Shown here one piece after another: positions 1 through 10,706 of a stretch of DNA of 62,118 nt. The position numbers and the translations under genes were made by a program. Position 1 is the first letter of the stretch. Every line of letters begins with the position of its first letter. The notes under the pieces were generated by a model. The model was given only the letters and a program-made list of their open reading frames with translations. It ran no database searches and was not told the origin of the DNA. Origin of the DNA: an uncultured Gammaproteobacteria bacterium (GTDB lineage Bacteria; Patescibacteriota; Patescibacteriia; UBA1558; S5-K13); the NCBI GenBank assembly GCA_964640635.1, contig CAZXFD010000005.1, positions 1 through 62,118 of the forward strand. Reading direction: 5' to 3'.

Positions 1-576
1 GATGCAACAAACGGACCAATCATAAGGTTAAAATCTGGAAGAAGTGATACTTACAAAGGAATAAGTATATTTGATAGCTCTGCTACTACTGAAAGATGGT
101 TTGTCGGTGCGTCATCAGCACAATTTGTTATAAGAAGAGGTGGTAGCACGAATGCTTTAAAGGTGGATACAAGTAGTAATATTGAAATGAGCAATGCTTT
201 AAATGTGAAAGGTGCTATATCATCAGACACCTTGAAAGAAGATCAATCAGATGATTCTGAAGGCAGATGTTTGTATGCAAATAATGATGGTGTTATAAAG
301 GCGAAAACAACTGATTGTGGTGCGGGTGGAGGAGGTGGTTTTTGGACGAGTAATGGAAATAATATTTATAGAAATTCAGGTAATGTAGGAATAGGAACAA
401 CAAATCCAACACAAAAATTAGAAGTTAATGGTAATATTAAATTTTCTTCCGTTAACAATCAAATTATAGGAACAGATTCTTCTATTGATAACTTGCCGGG
501 TGCAAAAATTGAGTTTGATCAATATGGAAATTTAATAATCACTGTTTCTAGTTTTATTCCATATGGAAATCGCTAA
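1..576 (+). CDS. C-terminal part of an exported/fibre-like repeat protein (5'-truncated by window)
   Basis: Frame 1 is open from base 1 (DATNGPIIRLKSG...) to TAA at 574-576; contains GNVGIGTTNPTQKLEVNGNI motif typical of tail-fibre-like beta repeats. Confidence 0.7.
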   Translation, partial: DATNGPIIRLKSGRSDTYKGISIFDSSATTERWFVGASSAQFVIRRGGSTNALKVDTSSNIEMSNALNVKGAISSDTLKEDQSDDSEGRCLYANNDGVIKAKTTDCGAGGGGGFWTSNGNNIYRNSGNVGIGTTNPTQKLEVNGNIKFSSVNNQIIGTDSSIDNLPGAKIEFDQYGNLIITVSSFIPYGNR

Positions 577-626
577 TATCAACAATACTTTAATACATTG
601 ATAAATATTAATTTGAAAAAAGATTT

Positions 627-2444
627 ATGAATTTATTGCATAACAAAAGATTAATTATTTTATCGATTTTGTTTTTGCTTTTTATTTTTATTTTTTATGG
701 AAGCTTTAAGTATGGTTGGATTGATAATCCTGAGAATACTAATAAAGTATTCGCACAACAGAATCAGGATATGCAAAATTGTTTTATAGTAAGAAATGTT
801 TATACAGATTCACCAGTCGGGTCTATGAATTTTTATATTTGTGCAGACGGTATTTATTATTCAATAGATTATGTAAATTTTCATTTTGGTTTAAAGCCCA
901 CATTGTATGATACGCATATATTTAAGTTGTCTTGTAACATGATTATGGATCAAGAAAAGGCATCAAATCCCCTGTTTATTTTTTATGGTTCAGGTATTTG
1001 GGCTTCAATATGGGATTCTTTGCGCCAGCCATTTACTTCTTCGCAAGCAGGGGGGATTAGAGGATTTAAAATACAGAATGAATCAGGGCAAGCATTGGCA
1101 CTTTTTTATAATTCGGAAGATCCAAAAATTCTTGCTTTTCAAAAAGCTCAAGCATTTTATGAAGAACCTACAAATGTTAAGGGCTCTTTTGTCGTTAAAA
1201 CAAACATTTTAGATGAGGATGGAAGTATGGTAACTAAAACTTTGTTTTTTGTAGATGCAGGTGGGGTTAATTATAGATTTGGAATGTGTGGAGAAAAAAA
1301 ATTGCTCTCAGGAGTTCAATCTATTTCAGCAGGATCAAACTCAGTATGTGCAATAATGTTGGGTGGAACATTAAAGTGTTGGGGTGGTGGTCCAGAGTTT
1401 GCAACTACAACAACTAATTTATCAAATGTTACAAAAATTTCAATTGGAACCCCTGAACATGGTGGAGGTACTCAATATTGTGCTCTTTTGACAGATGGAA
1501 CTGTAAAATGTTGGGGTGATAATAGCTATAAACAGTCTGTTTGTAGTAATAATGATTACATAGCTACACCTACAGATGTGGGATTAACTAACGCCACAGA
1601 TATATCTGCCGGTATGAGTTTTTCTTGGGCATCTATTAGATCACAGATTTTAAAAAGATGGGGTCATGTAGATACATATAATCAATTACCAGCAGAAACT
1701 TTTTGTAGTGGATCTAGTCCGCAGACAGTTCCAAGTTCAGGCAACTCTATTAGCGAATTGAGTTCTAGTAAGAGTAGCGCTTTTGGATGTTTTATTGTTA
1801 ATAATGTTGTAAAATGTTGGGCTAAATGGGATACTTATTATAATTTTGGAATACTTGGTGGAGTGTCGCCTACTACAACACCAGTCACAATAAATGTTGG
1901 CGCTGGCACAGTTTTAAAAGTTGCCGTAGGTGGAGCTCATGCATGTGTATTGATGGAAAATGGCACTAAAATAGTAAAGTGTTGGGGTAATAACGCAAGT
2001 GGTCAATTGGGAAATGCAAGTGGTGGATTTAGCGCAACTCCTATTGTTGTAAGTGGTTTATATGATGCTGGTTTCGCCCCTATTGATATATCAGCTGGAG
2101 ATGCTCATACATGTGTTCGTCTCGAAAATGGGGCTGTAAAGTGTTGGGGTGACAACACTACGGGACAATTAGGGGGAAATGCTAGTCAACAAGGAGCGCC
2201 TGTTTTGGTAAGTGATGTTACAAATGCTACGAGTATATCTTTGGGAAGTTATTTTACATGTGCTCTTTTAAGTGATACTACTGTAAAATGTTGGGGATCA
2301 AATAAATATAATCAATTGGGGGCTGGTAATGCTTATATTCCTGGTGTGTTTGATGCCTGTGAATATGCAACATTTTGCCCTAGCACAAAAATTCCACATA
2401 GAGTTAGAGTGGATGAAGAAGCGAAAGTGAATTTAAAAAATTAA
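627..2444 (+). CDS. Membrane-anchored RCC1/BLIP-II-like beta-propeller protein
   Basis: N-terminal TM helix; about 7 repeats of SAGxxHTC...GxVKCWGxNxxGQLG. Confidence 0.85.
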   Translation: MNLLHNKRLIILSILFLLFIFIFYGSFKYGWIDNPENTNKVFAQQNQDMQNCFIVRNVYTDSPVGSMNFYICADGIYYSIDYVNFHFGLKPTLYDTHIFKLSCNMIMDQEKASNPLFIFYGSGIWASIWDSLRQPFTSSQAGGIRGFKIQNESGQALALFYNSEDPKILAFQKAQAFYEEPTNVKGSFVVKTNILDEDGSMVTKTLFFVDAGGVNYRFGMCGEKKLLSGVQSISAGSNSVCAIMLGGTLKCWGGGPEFATTTTNLSNVTKISIGTPEHGGGTQYCALLTDGTVKCWGDNSYKQSVCSNNDYIATPTDVGLTNATDISAGMSFSWASIRSQILKRWGHVDTYNQLPAETFCSGSSPQTVPSSGNSISELSSSKSSAFGCFIVNNVVKCWAKWDTYYNFGILGGVSPTTTPVTINVGAGTVLKVAVGGAHACVLMENGTKIVKCWGNNASGQLGNASGGFSATPIVVSGLYDAGFAPIDISAGDAHTCVRLENGAVKCWGDNTTGQLGGNASQQGAPVLVSDVTNATSISLGSYFTCALLSDTTVKCWGSNKYNQLGAGNAYIPGVFDACEYATFCPSTKIPHRVRVDEEAKVNLKN

Positions 2445-2491
2445 AACAAATTTATTTTAAATTATTTTTTATAGTTAATATAAAAAGATTA

Positions 2492-5400
2492 ATGCTAAAA
2501 GTTTTTAATAAAAAAAATAATAGAATTCTATTTTTTGCAATTATAATAATTGTTGTTTTTTCTTTTGTAATAAATACCAAATTTATATATAAAATGTTGT
2601 TTGCGCAAAATGAAAGTGGAACAGAAAATCCAGCAGGATGGAGTTGGAATAATATTTTTGGTTGGCATAGCGGAGGATGTAATGGAAGTTATTATGGAGA
2701 ATATGAGGATTTTTGTGGAATAGGAGAACCTGTTTTGGATGTAAATTTTGATAGTCAGGATTTTAATTTTACGACCGAGAGAATCAAAGATAATTCAATA
2801 AATCATTTTTCAGGAATAACTTCACATATAGATATTGCAAACGTTAGAAATAGAACTGGTAGCTCCAATTTTAATCAGTCTATTTATTTTGATGGAGTAA
2901 ATTCATTTATAGATTTTGGAATAAAACCAGAATTTAATTTTTCTAGCAATGCTCAGCCATTTTCTATAAGCGCATGGTTTAAATTAGATGACGCAGACTC
3001 TAATTATACAATATTTTCAAATGGTATAGGAAACAATGGACAATATATGTGCTATGTAGATACATCTTTAAAAGTTATATGCTTTATTGCTGGTAATAGA
3101 TTTGAATCTGATGAGGAAGCTGTGTTGTATGGCAAGTGGTATAATTTGACAATTACATATTCAGGATCAGATGATTCAAAATTTAATATATATCTTGGTC
3201 GCTATGATAATAATAAAGTTGTAACTGATTATTTATTTAAGGATAGGATCATATCTTCTTATGAAAATCATACAAATAGTAATTTATTAATAGGTAAGGG
3301 GAAAATAACTACAATAGGAGTAGACAATTTTTTCAAAGGTGAAATAGATGATTTTAGAATATTCAATGTTGCACTTACAGCTGAGCAAGTGCTTCATAAT
3401 ATGTCTCACAATTCAAATTATTCTATAAAAATAGATGAGTTAAATGGTAAGATTTCCGGATGGGTTTGGAATCAAGGTTTGGGATGGATTTGTGTAGGAG
3501 AAACTTGTTCACCATCAACTCCTCCAATTGGTGGTTTTTCAGCAAATCTTTCAGATACAAAACTAAATTGGCAAGGAAATATGAGTCAGGGTATATATCC
3601 TAATATGATAACTGGTTGGGCAAAGGTGAATAATCCAAATCCAAATAGTTTAGATCCAAATAATGGATGGATTTCTTTTCAGGGGGATGTTTTGACACCT
3701 ACCCAAAGAACTTATTCACAGTGCGCTAGTTGTGTCACAAGAGATAGAGAAGACGGGCTTGTGGGCTATTGGAAAATGGATGATGGATCTGATAATACAG
3801 TGTCTGATTCATCTGGATTCGATAGAGATGGAGTAATAAAAGATTATGAATCTGAAAATTGGGTTTTGAGTGGATGTGTATTGAATAATTGTTTTGCCCC
3901 AAAAACCGAAAATAATTTTGTAGAAATTTCAGGCATAGAAAGAATAAGCACTAATAATTTTTCTTTTGAAGTTTGGATAAAAATGAATGAGGCTATGAAG
4001 GGCGGGGGATATATATTGGGATTTAGAGGAGCAGACAAATCAAATTTTGTAATGCTTTTTAATGAGGAAACAATAAATGTCAAATTGTTAAAAATAGATG
4101 TATGGGCAGATGGGCGAACTATTTTAGATAAAAAATGGCACCATATTGTTTTTACAGCAGATAGACGAGGAGATGCAAAGATATATATAGATGGCAAGTT
4201 ATCAGAAAAATCAGTTAAAAATATTAGTGATTTAGCAAATGAAGAAATCAATGAAGACGTCTTAAATATTGGTAGTTCCGAAAAAATAGAGAGACTGAGT
4301 GGTGGTTTTGAAAAAATGGAAAATTGGAATGGTGAAATAGATGTTGTAAGAATGTATAGTAGAGCCATTAGCAAAGAAGAAGTCGCTTATAATTATAGAT
4401 ATGTAGAAAAAAGAACATGTTCTGCATGTTTTGATATAAAAACAGATTTTACACAAAATATTTGTTATGAATGTAATACTTGTTATTTTTCAGATTCTTT
4501 GTATAAATGTGATTCTTGTTATCGCTGTCATAAATATGGACTTGTTTTTGATTCAAATACAGCAAGTGTAAAAGGATATGCTTGGGGAGGAAAAGATTAT
4601 GGGTGGCTCAAGTTTGGACCAAGCTTGGGTTCTGGAATATATAGATCCTATGTTTCTGCAAAATATGGAAATATATATAGTAAGGGTAATATTGGATCAG
4701 ACTATTCTGTCACTCCGCCAATAGGTTCTTACAATTCATCTTATCTTATACAAGCCAATGGCCATCTCATAAATTGGGCAAGTGAAAGCTCCGTTACAAA
4801 ATTAGTTCAAGGATCTGTTACAACAACAATTCCTAATTTCAACCCTACAAAGCCGTGGCTAAATTATTTTGGAAATCCAAGAGGATATACGGCTCCTGTT
4901 TATGAATATCCAAAAAATACCAACGATTACGGAAATGTTTTAGGAAGTATTGATTATGACAAATTGGTAGCAAAGGCAAGAGTAGATAATCATACTTTTC
5001 CAGGTATAGTAAATGGAACAAATAATGGAATTACTACTTGTCTGGGTGGTAAAGTATATTATAATAATGCAGCTACAACGCTCGGCAATGCTGGTGGGTC
5101 ATCATTAACATTTTTAAACGCTGCTTCATTGAGTCTTTGCTCAGATGCTTCTGGATTATTAATTATTAATGGAGATTTAACGATCACTGGCGATATTTTT
5201 TATCAAGCCAATCCCGTAAGTGGTAGTTATAAATCGCTTGCCTCAGCAGCTTGGATAATAAAAGGAGATTTATTTATAGATCCAAACGTTACAAATTTAG
5301 CAGGAACATTTATTGTACTTGGACGAGATGATATAGATTGTGGTAATAACCTAGATGATCCGACAGAGGGATGTGGTATTATATATACAGGGGATAGTGA

Positions 5401-5587
5401 CAAGCAATTAAAAATTTCTGGTCAAATTATGGCAAAGAATTTTCAGTTTCAAAGAAAATATAAAGATGCTATGAAAAGTCCAGCGGAGCTTGTGATATAT
5501 GATGGAAGAAATATTATAAATCCACCAATGGGACTAGGAGATCTTATGAAATCTCTTCCAAGATGGGATCAGATAGCACCTTATTAA
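2492..5587 (+). CDS. Large exported protein with two LamG/concanavalin-like domains, GWxW repeats and Cys-rich segment
   Basis: N-terminal TM; two FSxxxW...W.H/N...G.ID..R.Y/F LamG units; GWSWNNIFGW, GWVWNQGLGW, GYAWGGKDYGW repeats; directly upstream of pilM. Confidence 0.8.
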   Translation: MLKVFNKKNNRILFFAIIIIVVFSFVINTKFIYKMLFAQNESGTENPAGWSWNNIFGWHSGGCNGSYYGEYEDFCGIGEPVLDVNFDSQDFNFTTERIKDNSINHFSGITSHIDIANVRNRTGSSNFNQSIYFDGVNSFIDFGIKPEFNFSSNAQPFSISAWFKLDDADSNYTIFSNGIGNNGQYMCYVDTSLKVICFIAGNRFESDEEAVLYGKWYNLTITYSGSDDSKFNIYLGRYDNNKVVTDYLFKDRIISSYENHTNSNLLIGKGKITTIGVDNFFKGEIDDFRIFNVALTAEQVLHNMSHNSNYSIKIDELNGKISGWVWNQGLGWICVGETCSPSTPPIGGFSANLSDTKLNWQGNMSQGIYPNMITGWAKVNNPNPNSLDPNNGWISFQGDVLTPTQRTYSQCASCVTRDREDGLVGYWKMDDGSDNTVSDSSGFDRDGVIKDYESENWVLSGCVLNNCFAPKTENNFVEISGIERISTNNFSFEVWIKMNEAMKGGGYILGFRGADKSNFVMLFNEETINVKLLKIDVWADGRTILDKKWHHIVFTADRRGDAKIYIDGKLSEKSVKNISDLANEEINEDVLNIGSSEKIERLSGGFEKMENWNGEIDVVRMYSRAISKEEVAYNYRYVEKRTCSACFDIKTDFTQNICYECNTCYFSDSLYKCDSCYRCHKYGLVFDSNTASVKGYAWGGKDYGWLKFGPSLGSGIYRSYVSAKYGNIYSKGNIGSDYSVTPPIGSYNSSYLIQANGHLINWASESSVTKLVQGSVTTTIPNFNPTKPWLNYFGNPRGYTAPVYEYPKNTNDYGNVLGSIDYDKLVAKARVDNHTFPGIVNGTNNGITTCLGGKVYYNNAATTLGNAGGSSLTFLNAASLSLCSDASGLLIINGDLTITGDIFYQANPVSGSYKSLASAAWIIKGDLFIDPNVTNLAGTFIVLGRDDIDCGNNLDDPTEGCGIIYTGDSDKQLKISGQIMAKNFQFQRKYKDAMKSPAELVIYDGRNIINPPMGLGDLMKSLPRWDQIAPY

Positions 5588-5716
5588 TTTCTAATTTCCA
5601 ATTTTCAATTTCAAGTGATAGTTTTTAATAATTTTTGAGATTTATCATTTGTAATTAATAATTAATACGTTTCAACGGTTTTGGAAATTTGACATTTGTA
5701 ATTTGTAATTAAAAAT

Positions 5717-6814
5717 ATGGGTTTATTTAAAGAAAAAAAACAAGATTTTTTAGGCATTGATATAGGAACATCCGGTATCAAAATTGTTCAACTTGCAAAT
5801 TATAATGGGAAAGCAAGAATTGTTACCTATGGAATGGTAGAAATGAATTCTGATCTTATAAGAAATAGAACACCAAGATTGTTAAAAGATGTTAGCGTCT
5901 CTATAAAAAAACTACTTGAAAAATCAAGAGTATCTACAAAAATTTGTTCAGCAGCGCTTCCTACGTTTTCTGTTTTTAGTTCTGTAATAAGTCTACCCAA
6001 GATGGATAAGGTTGATATGGATTCAGCTGTGAAATGGGAGGCAAAAAAGTTTATACCACTTCCAATGGAGGATATGATACTTAGTTGGGAGCTCATGGGA
6101 AGAAATAAAGCACAAACAAAAATAGCGCCAGAAAAATTTACAAATGAAAAAGGTTTTATTGAAACCCAATCAAGCTTTGATAAAGTATTTCTTACTGCTG
6201 CACCAAAGGGTGTTGTAAGTACATATATAGATCTTTTTAAGGGCTTAGGTATAGATTTATATAGTCTTGAAATAGAATCTTTTGCAACAGCAAGATCTCT
6301 TATTGATGACAGACTTACAACAACAATGATAGTAGATATAGGATCTATTACAACAGATGTTTGCGTTGTAGAAAATGGTTTTCCAATTTTAAATAGAAGT
6401 ATTGAAATAGGTGGAAATATTATGACAAAAGGAATAGCAGCTAGTATGAATGTAAGTGAAGAAAGAGCGGAGCAGTTTAAGAGAGATTTTGGACTAGTAT
6501 CGCTTGGAGAAAATGGAGGTGGCATTCCAAGAATTATAGAAGAAACTCTTAATCCAATGGTTAATGAAATTAAGTATGTTTTTGATCTGTATCGTCGCCA
6601 AGGGAACGGAACAGTAGAGAAAATAATATTATCAGGTGGCTCTGCTTATTTGCCAAATATTGTTAATTATCTTCAAAGTGTTTTAAATACACCAGTATAT
6701 ATTGGAGATGCATGGCATAAAGTAATGTATCCAAAAGAATTAAAACCAGTTCTTGATGAAATAGGTCCAAGATTTTCTGTTGCTATAGGACTTGCACTTA
6801 AAAATATAGTATAA
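5717..6814 (+). CDS. pilM: Type IV pilus assembly protein PilM
   Basis: LGIDIGTSGIK, VDIGSITT, ILSGGSA actin-fold motifs; C-terminal AIGLAL; first gene of pilMNO. Confidence 0.93.
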   Translation: MGLFKEKKQDFLGIDIGTSGIKIVQLANYNGKARIVTYGMVEMNSDLIRNRTPRLLKDVSVSIKKLLEKSRVSTKICSAALPTFSVFSSVISLPKMDKVDMDSAVKWEAKKFIPLPMEDMILSWELMGRNKAQTKIAPEKFTNEKGFIETQSSFDKVFLTAAPKGVVSTYIDLFKGLGIDLYSLEIESFATARSLIDDRLTTTMIVDIGSITTDVCVVENGFPILNRSIEIGGNIMTKGIAASMNVSEERAEQFKRDFGLVSLGENGGGIPRIIEETLNPMVNEIKYVFDLYRRQGNGTVEKIILSGGSAYLPNIVNYLQSVLNTPVYIGDAWHKVMYPKELKPVLDEIGPRFSVAIGLALKNIV

Positions 6815-6898
6815 TTAAATAGGTGAAAATAATTTTTATTGTGGCTGACAACTTATTTATCCCGTCTTGGCGGGACAAGCTGAAGGCTAAAAGCTAAA

Positions 6899-7867
6899 AT
6901 GAGTGATATAAATTTATTACCAGAAGATTTAAGAAAGAATGAATCAAAAATTCTGCAAGGCAGAGGATCTTTTTCTTATACTGATACTGAAGTTGAATAT
7001 ACGCCTGGAGAAAAATTACAAAAAAATGGAATTGGGGTTGTAGTTGATAAAGATAATAGTAAATCAAGAAATACTACAAATAATTTTAATAAAAATATAG
7101 CAACTCCTTACGTAGAAAAAAATATAAATATAGAGAAAGAAAGAGCTTATAATCCCCCAGTATTAGAGAAAAAAAATATTGTAAGTGAAAGTAATGAGAA
7201 TAAAAATAAAAAAGTAGGACAGGTAAGATCAAAGATGACTTTAGGAAAATTTTTAGCAAAGATAGATTTAGCTCTCAGATCCAAAAAGACTAAAAAAATG
7301 GAATCGGGTATTAATCTTATTCCAGAGAGCTTGAAAGCACCCTCTAATAAGGTTTTATTTTTTACTTTTTTTTATCCACTTTTGATTGTCGTGGGAATTG
7401 TTTTGGTGATATATTCTGGTTTAAAAATTTATGATATTCAAATACAAAACAACATAAAAGATGTTGATAATCAGGTTACAAGTGTTGTAGAGAGTGCGGG
7501 AGATTATAATAAATTAATTGTAGAGTTAGAGGATTGGCAAAATAAAACAAAAAAGATCAAAAATATTTTGACAAAGCATATTTATTGGACAGAGTTTTTT
7601 AGAAAATTAGAAGACAATACACTTGCAAATGTGAAATTTAATAATTTTTCAGGAAATATTCAGGGTAATCTTACATTTTTGGCAACAGCTCCAGATTATA
7701 CGACTGTCGTGCGTCAGTGGATGCACCTAAAAAGAGCAAAGGATTTTGTTAAAAATGTTATAATAAGTGGAGCAACGCTTTCTACAGGTCAAGCAGCTGG
7801 TAGTGGCGGAGTTTCTTTTTCAGTGACCCTAGATTTAGCTGAAGATATTTTTTATAAAACAGAATAA
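6899..7867 (+). CDS. pilN: PilN-like alignment protein with long N-terminal low-complexity linker
   Basis: N-terminal INLLP motif (repeated as INLIP), single TM, coiled coil, follows pilM. Confidence 0.7.
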   Translation: MSDINLLPEDLRKNESKILQGRGSFSYTDTEVEYTPGEKLQKNGIGVVVDKDNSKSRNTTNNFNKNIATPYVEKNINIEKERAYNPPVLEKKNIVSESNENKNKKVGQVRSKMTLGKFLAKIDLALRSKKTKKMESGINLIPESLKAPSNKVLFFTFFYPLLIVVGIVLVIYSGLKIYDIQIQNNIKDVDNQVTSVVESAGDYNKLIVELEDWQNKTKKIKNILTKHIYWTEFFRKLEDNTLANVKFNNFSGNIQGNLTFLATAPDYTTVVRQWMHLKRAKDFVKNVIISGATLSTGQAAGSGGVSFSVTLDLAEDIFYKTE

Positions 7868-7878
7868 ATAATTGAAAA

Positions 7879-8553
7879 ATGTTTGAAGATAAACAACAAA
7901 ATTCAAAAGAAGGTATCAAAGAAGAAAGAATAGATATCAAAGTTGGTAAAATCAAGAAAGATTCAAAACTCATTCTTTGGCTTATGAAATATAAAAAAGC
8001 CTTTATTCTTTTTGAGATGATTATATTTTTTGTGTCGTCCTACATTTTCTTTATTGGGCCAGAAGTTATGAAAGTGATTACATCGAAACAAATTTTATCT
8101 TCTAAAGAACAAGCACTTGTAGAAGCACAAAGTTTCAAGTTAAAAGTAGAAGAACTTCAAAGAGAGAGGGATGGAATACTTAGTCAAGACAATCAATATG
8201 CAAAAAAATTATATGAAGTTTTACCTCAAAAACAAAATTTACCAGAAATTATGGCCCAGGTAGATGCTCTTGTAAGAGATTATGGGCTCGTATTAGGAAG
8301 CGTGCAAATACAGGGCACTCAAGAAGATTCATCTGATGGTGAAATTCCAAACAATGAAGCACCAATAGGAGATATAATAAAAATAGTTCAAGTTACAGCC
8401 TTTGTTTTGGGTGGAGACGGAAGCTATGAGAAGGTAAAATTATTGTTAGATGGACTAGAAACTCATATAAGACTTTTTGATATAACCTCATTTAGTTTTG
8501 ACCCAGAAATGACAACTTATTCAATAGTTTTTAAGACCTATTATCTAGATTAA
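7879..8553 (+). CDS. pilO: PilO-like protein
   Basis: TM plus coiled coil, LPxxxNLPE motif, RLFDI strand; position after pilN. Confidence 0.7.
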   Translation: MFEDKQQNSKEGIKEERIDIKVGKIKKDSKLILWLMKYKKAFILFEMIIFFVSSYIFFIGPEVMKVITSKQILSSKEQALVEAQSFKLKVEELQRERDGILSQDNQYAKKLYEVLPQKQNLPEIMAQVDALVRDYGLVLGSVQIQGTQEDSSDGEIPNNEAPIGDIIKIVQVTAFVLGGDGSYEKVKLLLDGLETHIRLFDITSFSFDPEMTTYSIVFKTYYLD

Positions 8554-8557
8554 AAAA

Positions 8558-8923
8558 ATGGCAAAAAAAAATAAAAAAAATACATTGTTAATTATTGCTT
8601 TCATCATTTTAATGATCGCCGTAATTTATTTGAATAAAGAAAGACTTGGAATTAATACTTCAAAAGTAAGCGATATTATAATTCCAGACAGTGTTGTAGT
8701 TTCTAATAATGATCAAGTAAGCGAAATTAAAGCAAACAAAGATAAAATAGATAAAATTTTAAAAGAAACCAAGGACCTTCTACAAAAAGATCAGGGGTTT
8801 TTGAATAATTTACATTCTTATATAAGTCTTCCTATGACAGAGGATGAATATAAGTTTTTCATAGGTACTGTTCACAATGACTATCCATTTGGAAATCCAA
8901 TAAACGAAAAAAACAAAGAATGA
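8558..8923 (+). CDS. Small single-TM protein (PilP position)
   Basis: Lys-rich N-terminus plus TM; stop overlaps pilB start (ATGA). Confidence 0.6.
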   Translation: MAKKNKKNTLLIIAFIILMIAVIYLNKERLGINTSKVSDIIIPDSVVVSNNDQVSEIKANKDKIDKILKETKDLLQKDQGFLNNLHSYISLPMTEDEYKFFIGTVHNDYPFGNPINEKNKE

Positions 8924-10671
8924 TAAGCGACTACATAAATAAAATATTAGGTGCGATAAAAGAAAATAATTTATTAGACAACGATAAATTTTCTTTTCTG
9001 CAAGACAAACTAAAAAAAGAAAGTCCAAATATAGATGAACTTGTTAAAAAATATTCTCTTGTTGGTCAGGAAGAGTATGCAAAGATAAAGTCTCAGGCTA
9101 TAGGTATGCCCTATAAAGATCTGGTTGATGAGAATATTGGAAATGAAGCTCTTAGAATTTTGCCAATGAATTTAGCATCTAATTACAAGATGATAATTTT
9201 TAATAGGGTAAATGATATTTTGGAAGTAGGACTTGTTGACCCTGAAAATTTTAGTGCAATAGAAGCAGTAGAGTTTCTAGCGCATAAAAATAATTATAAT
9301 GTAAAATATTATCTTATATCAGAGAACTCTTTTAATAGTGCATTTAAAAAAGCACAAAACATAGAAGAAGAGGTTGGCGAGGCACTTGATTATGCAAAAG
9401 ACAAATTTGAAGATCTGGGAGATGTTGTAGAAGAAGAAAACTTAGAGGAAATAATTAAAACAGCCCCAGTTACAAAAATAGTTTCAGTTTTACTCAAGCA
9501 TGCGGTAGATGGAAGAGCATCAGATATTCACATAGAGCCCATTGGAAAAAATTCTGTAATAAGATTTAGAATAGATGGTGCACTTCATAAGTCCATTATT
9601 CTTCCTATATATATACATAATGCCCTTATAGCAAGAGTAAAAGTTATGTCGAACATGAAAATTGATGAAACAAGGATTCCCCAAGATGGAAGAATAAGAG
9701 TAAACGTCAAAAGTCAGGGAGAAGAAAAGAAGATAGATCTTAGAGTTTCCACTCTTCCACTATTGGATTATGAAAAAGTCGTAATGAGAATTTTAAGCAC
9801 GCCAGAAACAGTTCCAGATTTTGAAGAATTGGGTTTTATGGGAGAAGCGAGAAAGAAAATAGAGGTTGCAATAACAAAACCAAATGGGATGTTGCTCGTT
9901 ACAGGACCTACAGGAAGTGGTAAATCGTTTACTCTTTTTACTGCTTTAAATAGAATAAACAAAGAAGCTGTAAATATTTCAACATTAGAAGATCCAGTCG
10001 AGTATAGTGTTGAAGGTGTTAATCAATCTCAAATAAGACCGGAGGTAGATTATACATTTGCTACTGGACTTAGGTCACTACTTCGTCAAGATCCGGATAT
10101 TATCATGGTTGGAGAAATTAGAGATGCCGAAACAGCTGAGCTTGCTATTCACGCTGCTCTTACAGGACATCTTTTATTGTCCACACTTCATACAAATAAT
10201 GCACTAGGTGCAATTCCAAGACTTATGGATATGAAGGTAGAGCCATTTCTTTTGAGCTCCACTCTTAATCTTGTCCTTGCACAACGTTTAGTGCGAAAGA
10301 TTTGTGATAATTGCAAAGAAGAAATGAATTTACCAGAATCCCTGAATAAAGAAATAGAACAAATGATACAAGATTTACCAGAATCAGCTTTTTATGGTAA
10401 ATTTAAGAAAGGAGATAAGCCAAAATTTTATCGTGGCACAGGTTGTAATAGATGTGGCGGGACAGGATATAAAGGAAGATTAGCAATTGTTGAGGCATTT
10501 GAAATGGATAATAATTTGAAAGATGTCATCAATCAAAAGGCAGATATGATAAGGTTTCAGAACGAACTTAAAAAGCAAGGCTATATAAACATGGCCCAAG
10601 ATGGAGTTATAAAATCACTAGATGGAATTACAACAATACAAGAGGTTTTGAGCGTGACAAAGGATGAATAA
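8920..10671 (+). CDS. pilB: Type IV pilus extension ATPase PilB (GspE family)
   Basis: ASDIHIEP, Walker A GPTGSGKS, TLEDPVEY, Walker B DIIMVGE, GHLLLSTLH, CxxC...CxxC zinc motif. Confidence 0.95.
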   Translation: MISDYINKILGAIKENNLLDNDKFSFLQDKLKKESPNIDELVKKYSLVGQEEYAKIKSQAIGMPYKDLVDENIGNEALRILPMNLASNYKMIIFNRVNDILEVGLVDPENFSAIEAVEFLAHKNNYNVKYYLISENSFNSAFKKAQNIEEEVGEALDYAKDKFEDLGDVVEEENLEEIIKTAPVTKIVSVLLKHAVDGRASDIHIEPIGKNSVIRFRIDGALHKSIILPIYIHNALIARVKVMSNMKIDETRIPQDGRIRVNVKSQGEEKKIDLRVSTLPLLDYEKVVMRILSTPETVPDFEELGFMGEARKKIEVAITKPNGMLLVTGPTGSGKSFTLFTALNRINKEAVNISTLEDPVEYSVEGVNQSQIRPEVDYTFATGLRSLLRQDPDIIMVGEIRDAETAELAIHAALTGHLLLSTLHTNNALGAIPRLMDMKVEPFLLSSTLNLVLAQRLVRKICDNCKEEMNLPESLNKEIEQMIQDLPESAFYGKFKKGDKPKFYRGTGCNRCGGTGYKGRLAIVEAFEMDNNLKDVINQKADMIRFQNELKKQGYINMAQDGVIKSLDGITTIQEVLSVTKDE

Positions 10672-10706
10672 GTTGAGGTACGAAATAAGAATTAAAATTT
10701 AAATAT

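Noticed and set aside
4500-4535. c-type cytochrome from the CYRCH (CxxCH) motif
   Set aside because: Single motif embedded in a run of CxxC units, with no maturation genes seen. More likely disulfide or metal binding.
8920-9100. MshEN c-di-GMP-binding motif in PilB
   Set aside because: The RLGxxL...GL consensus is not retained.
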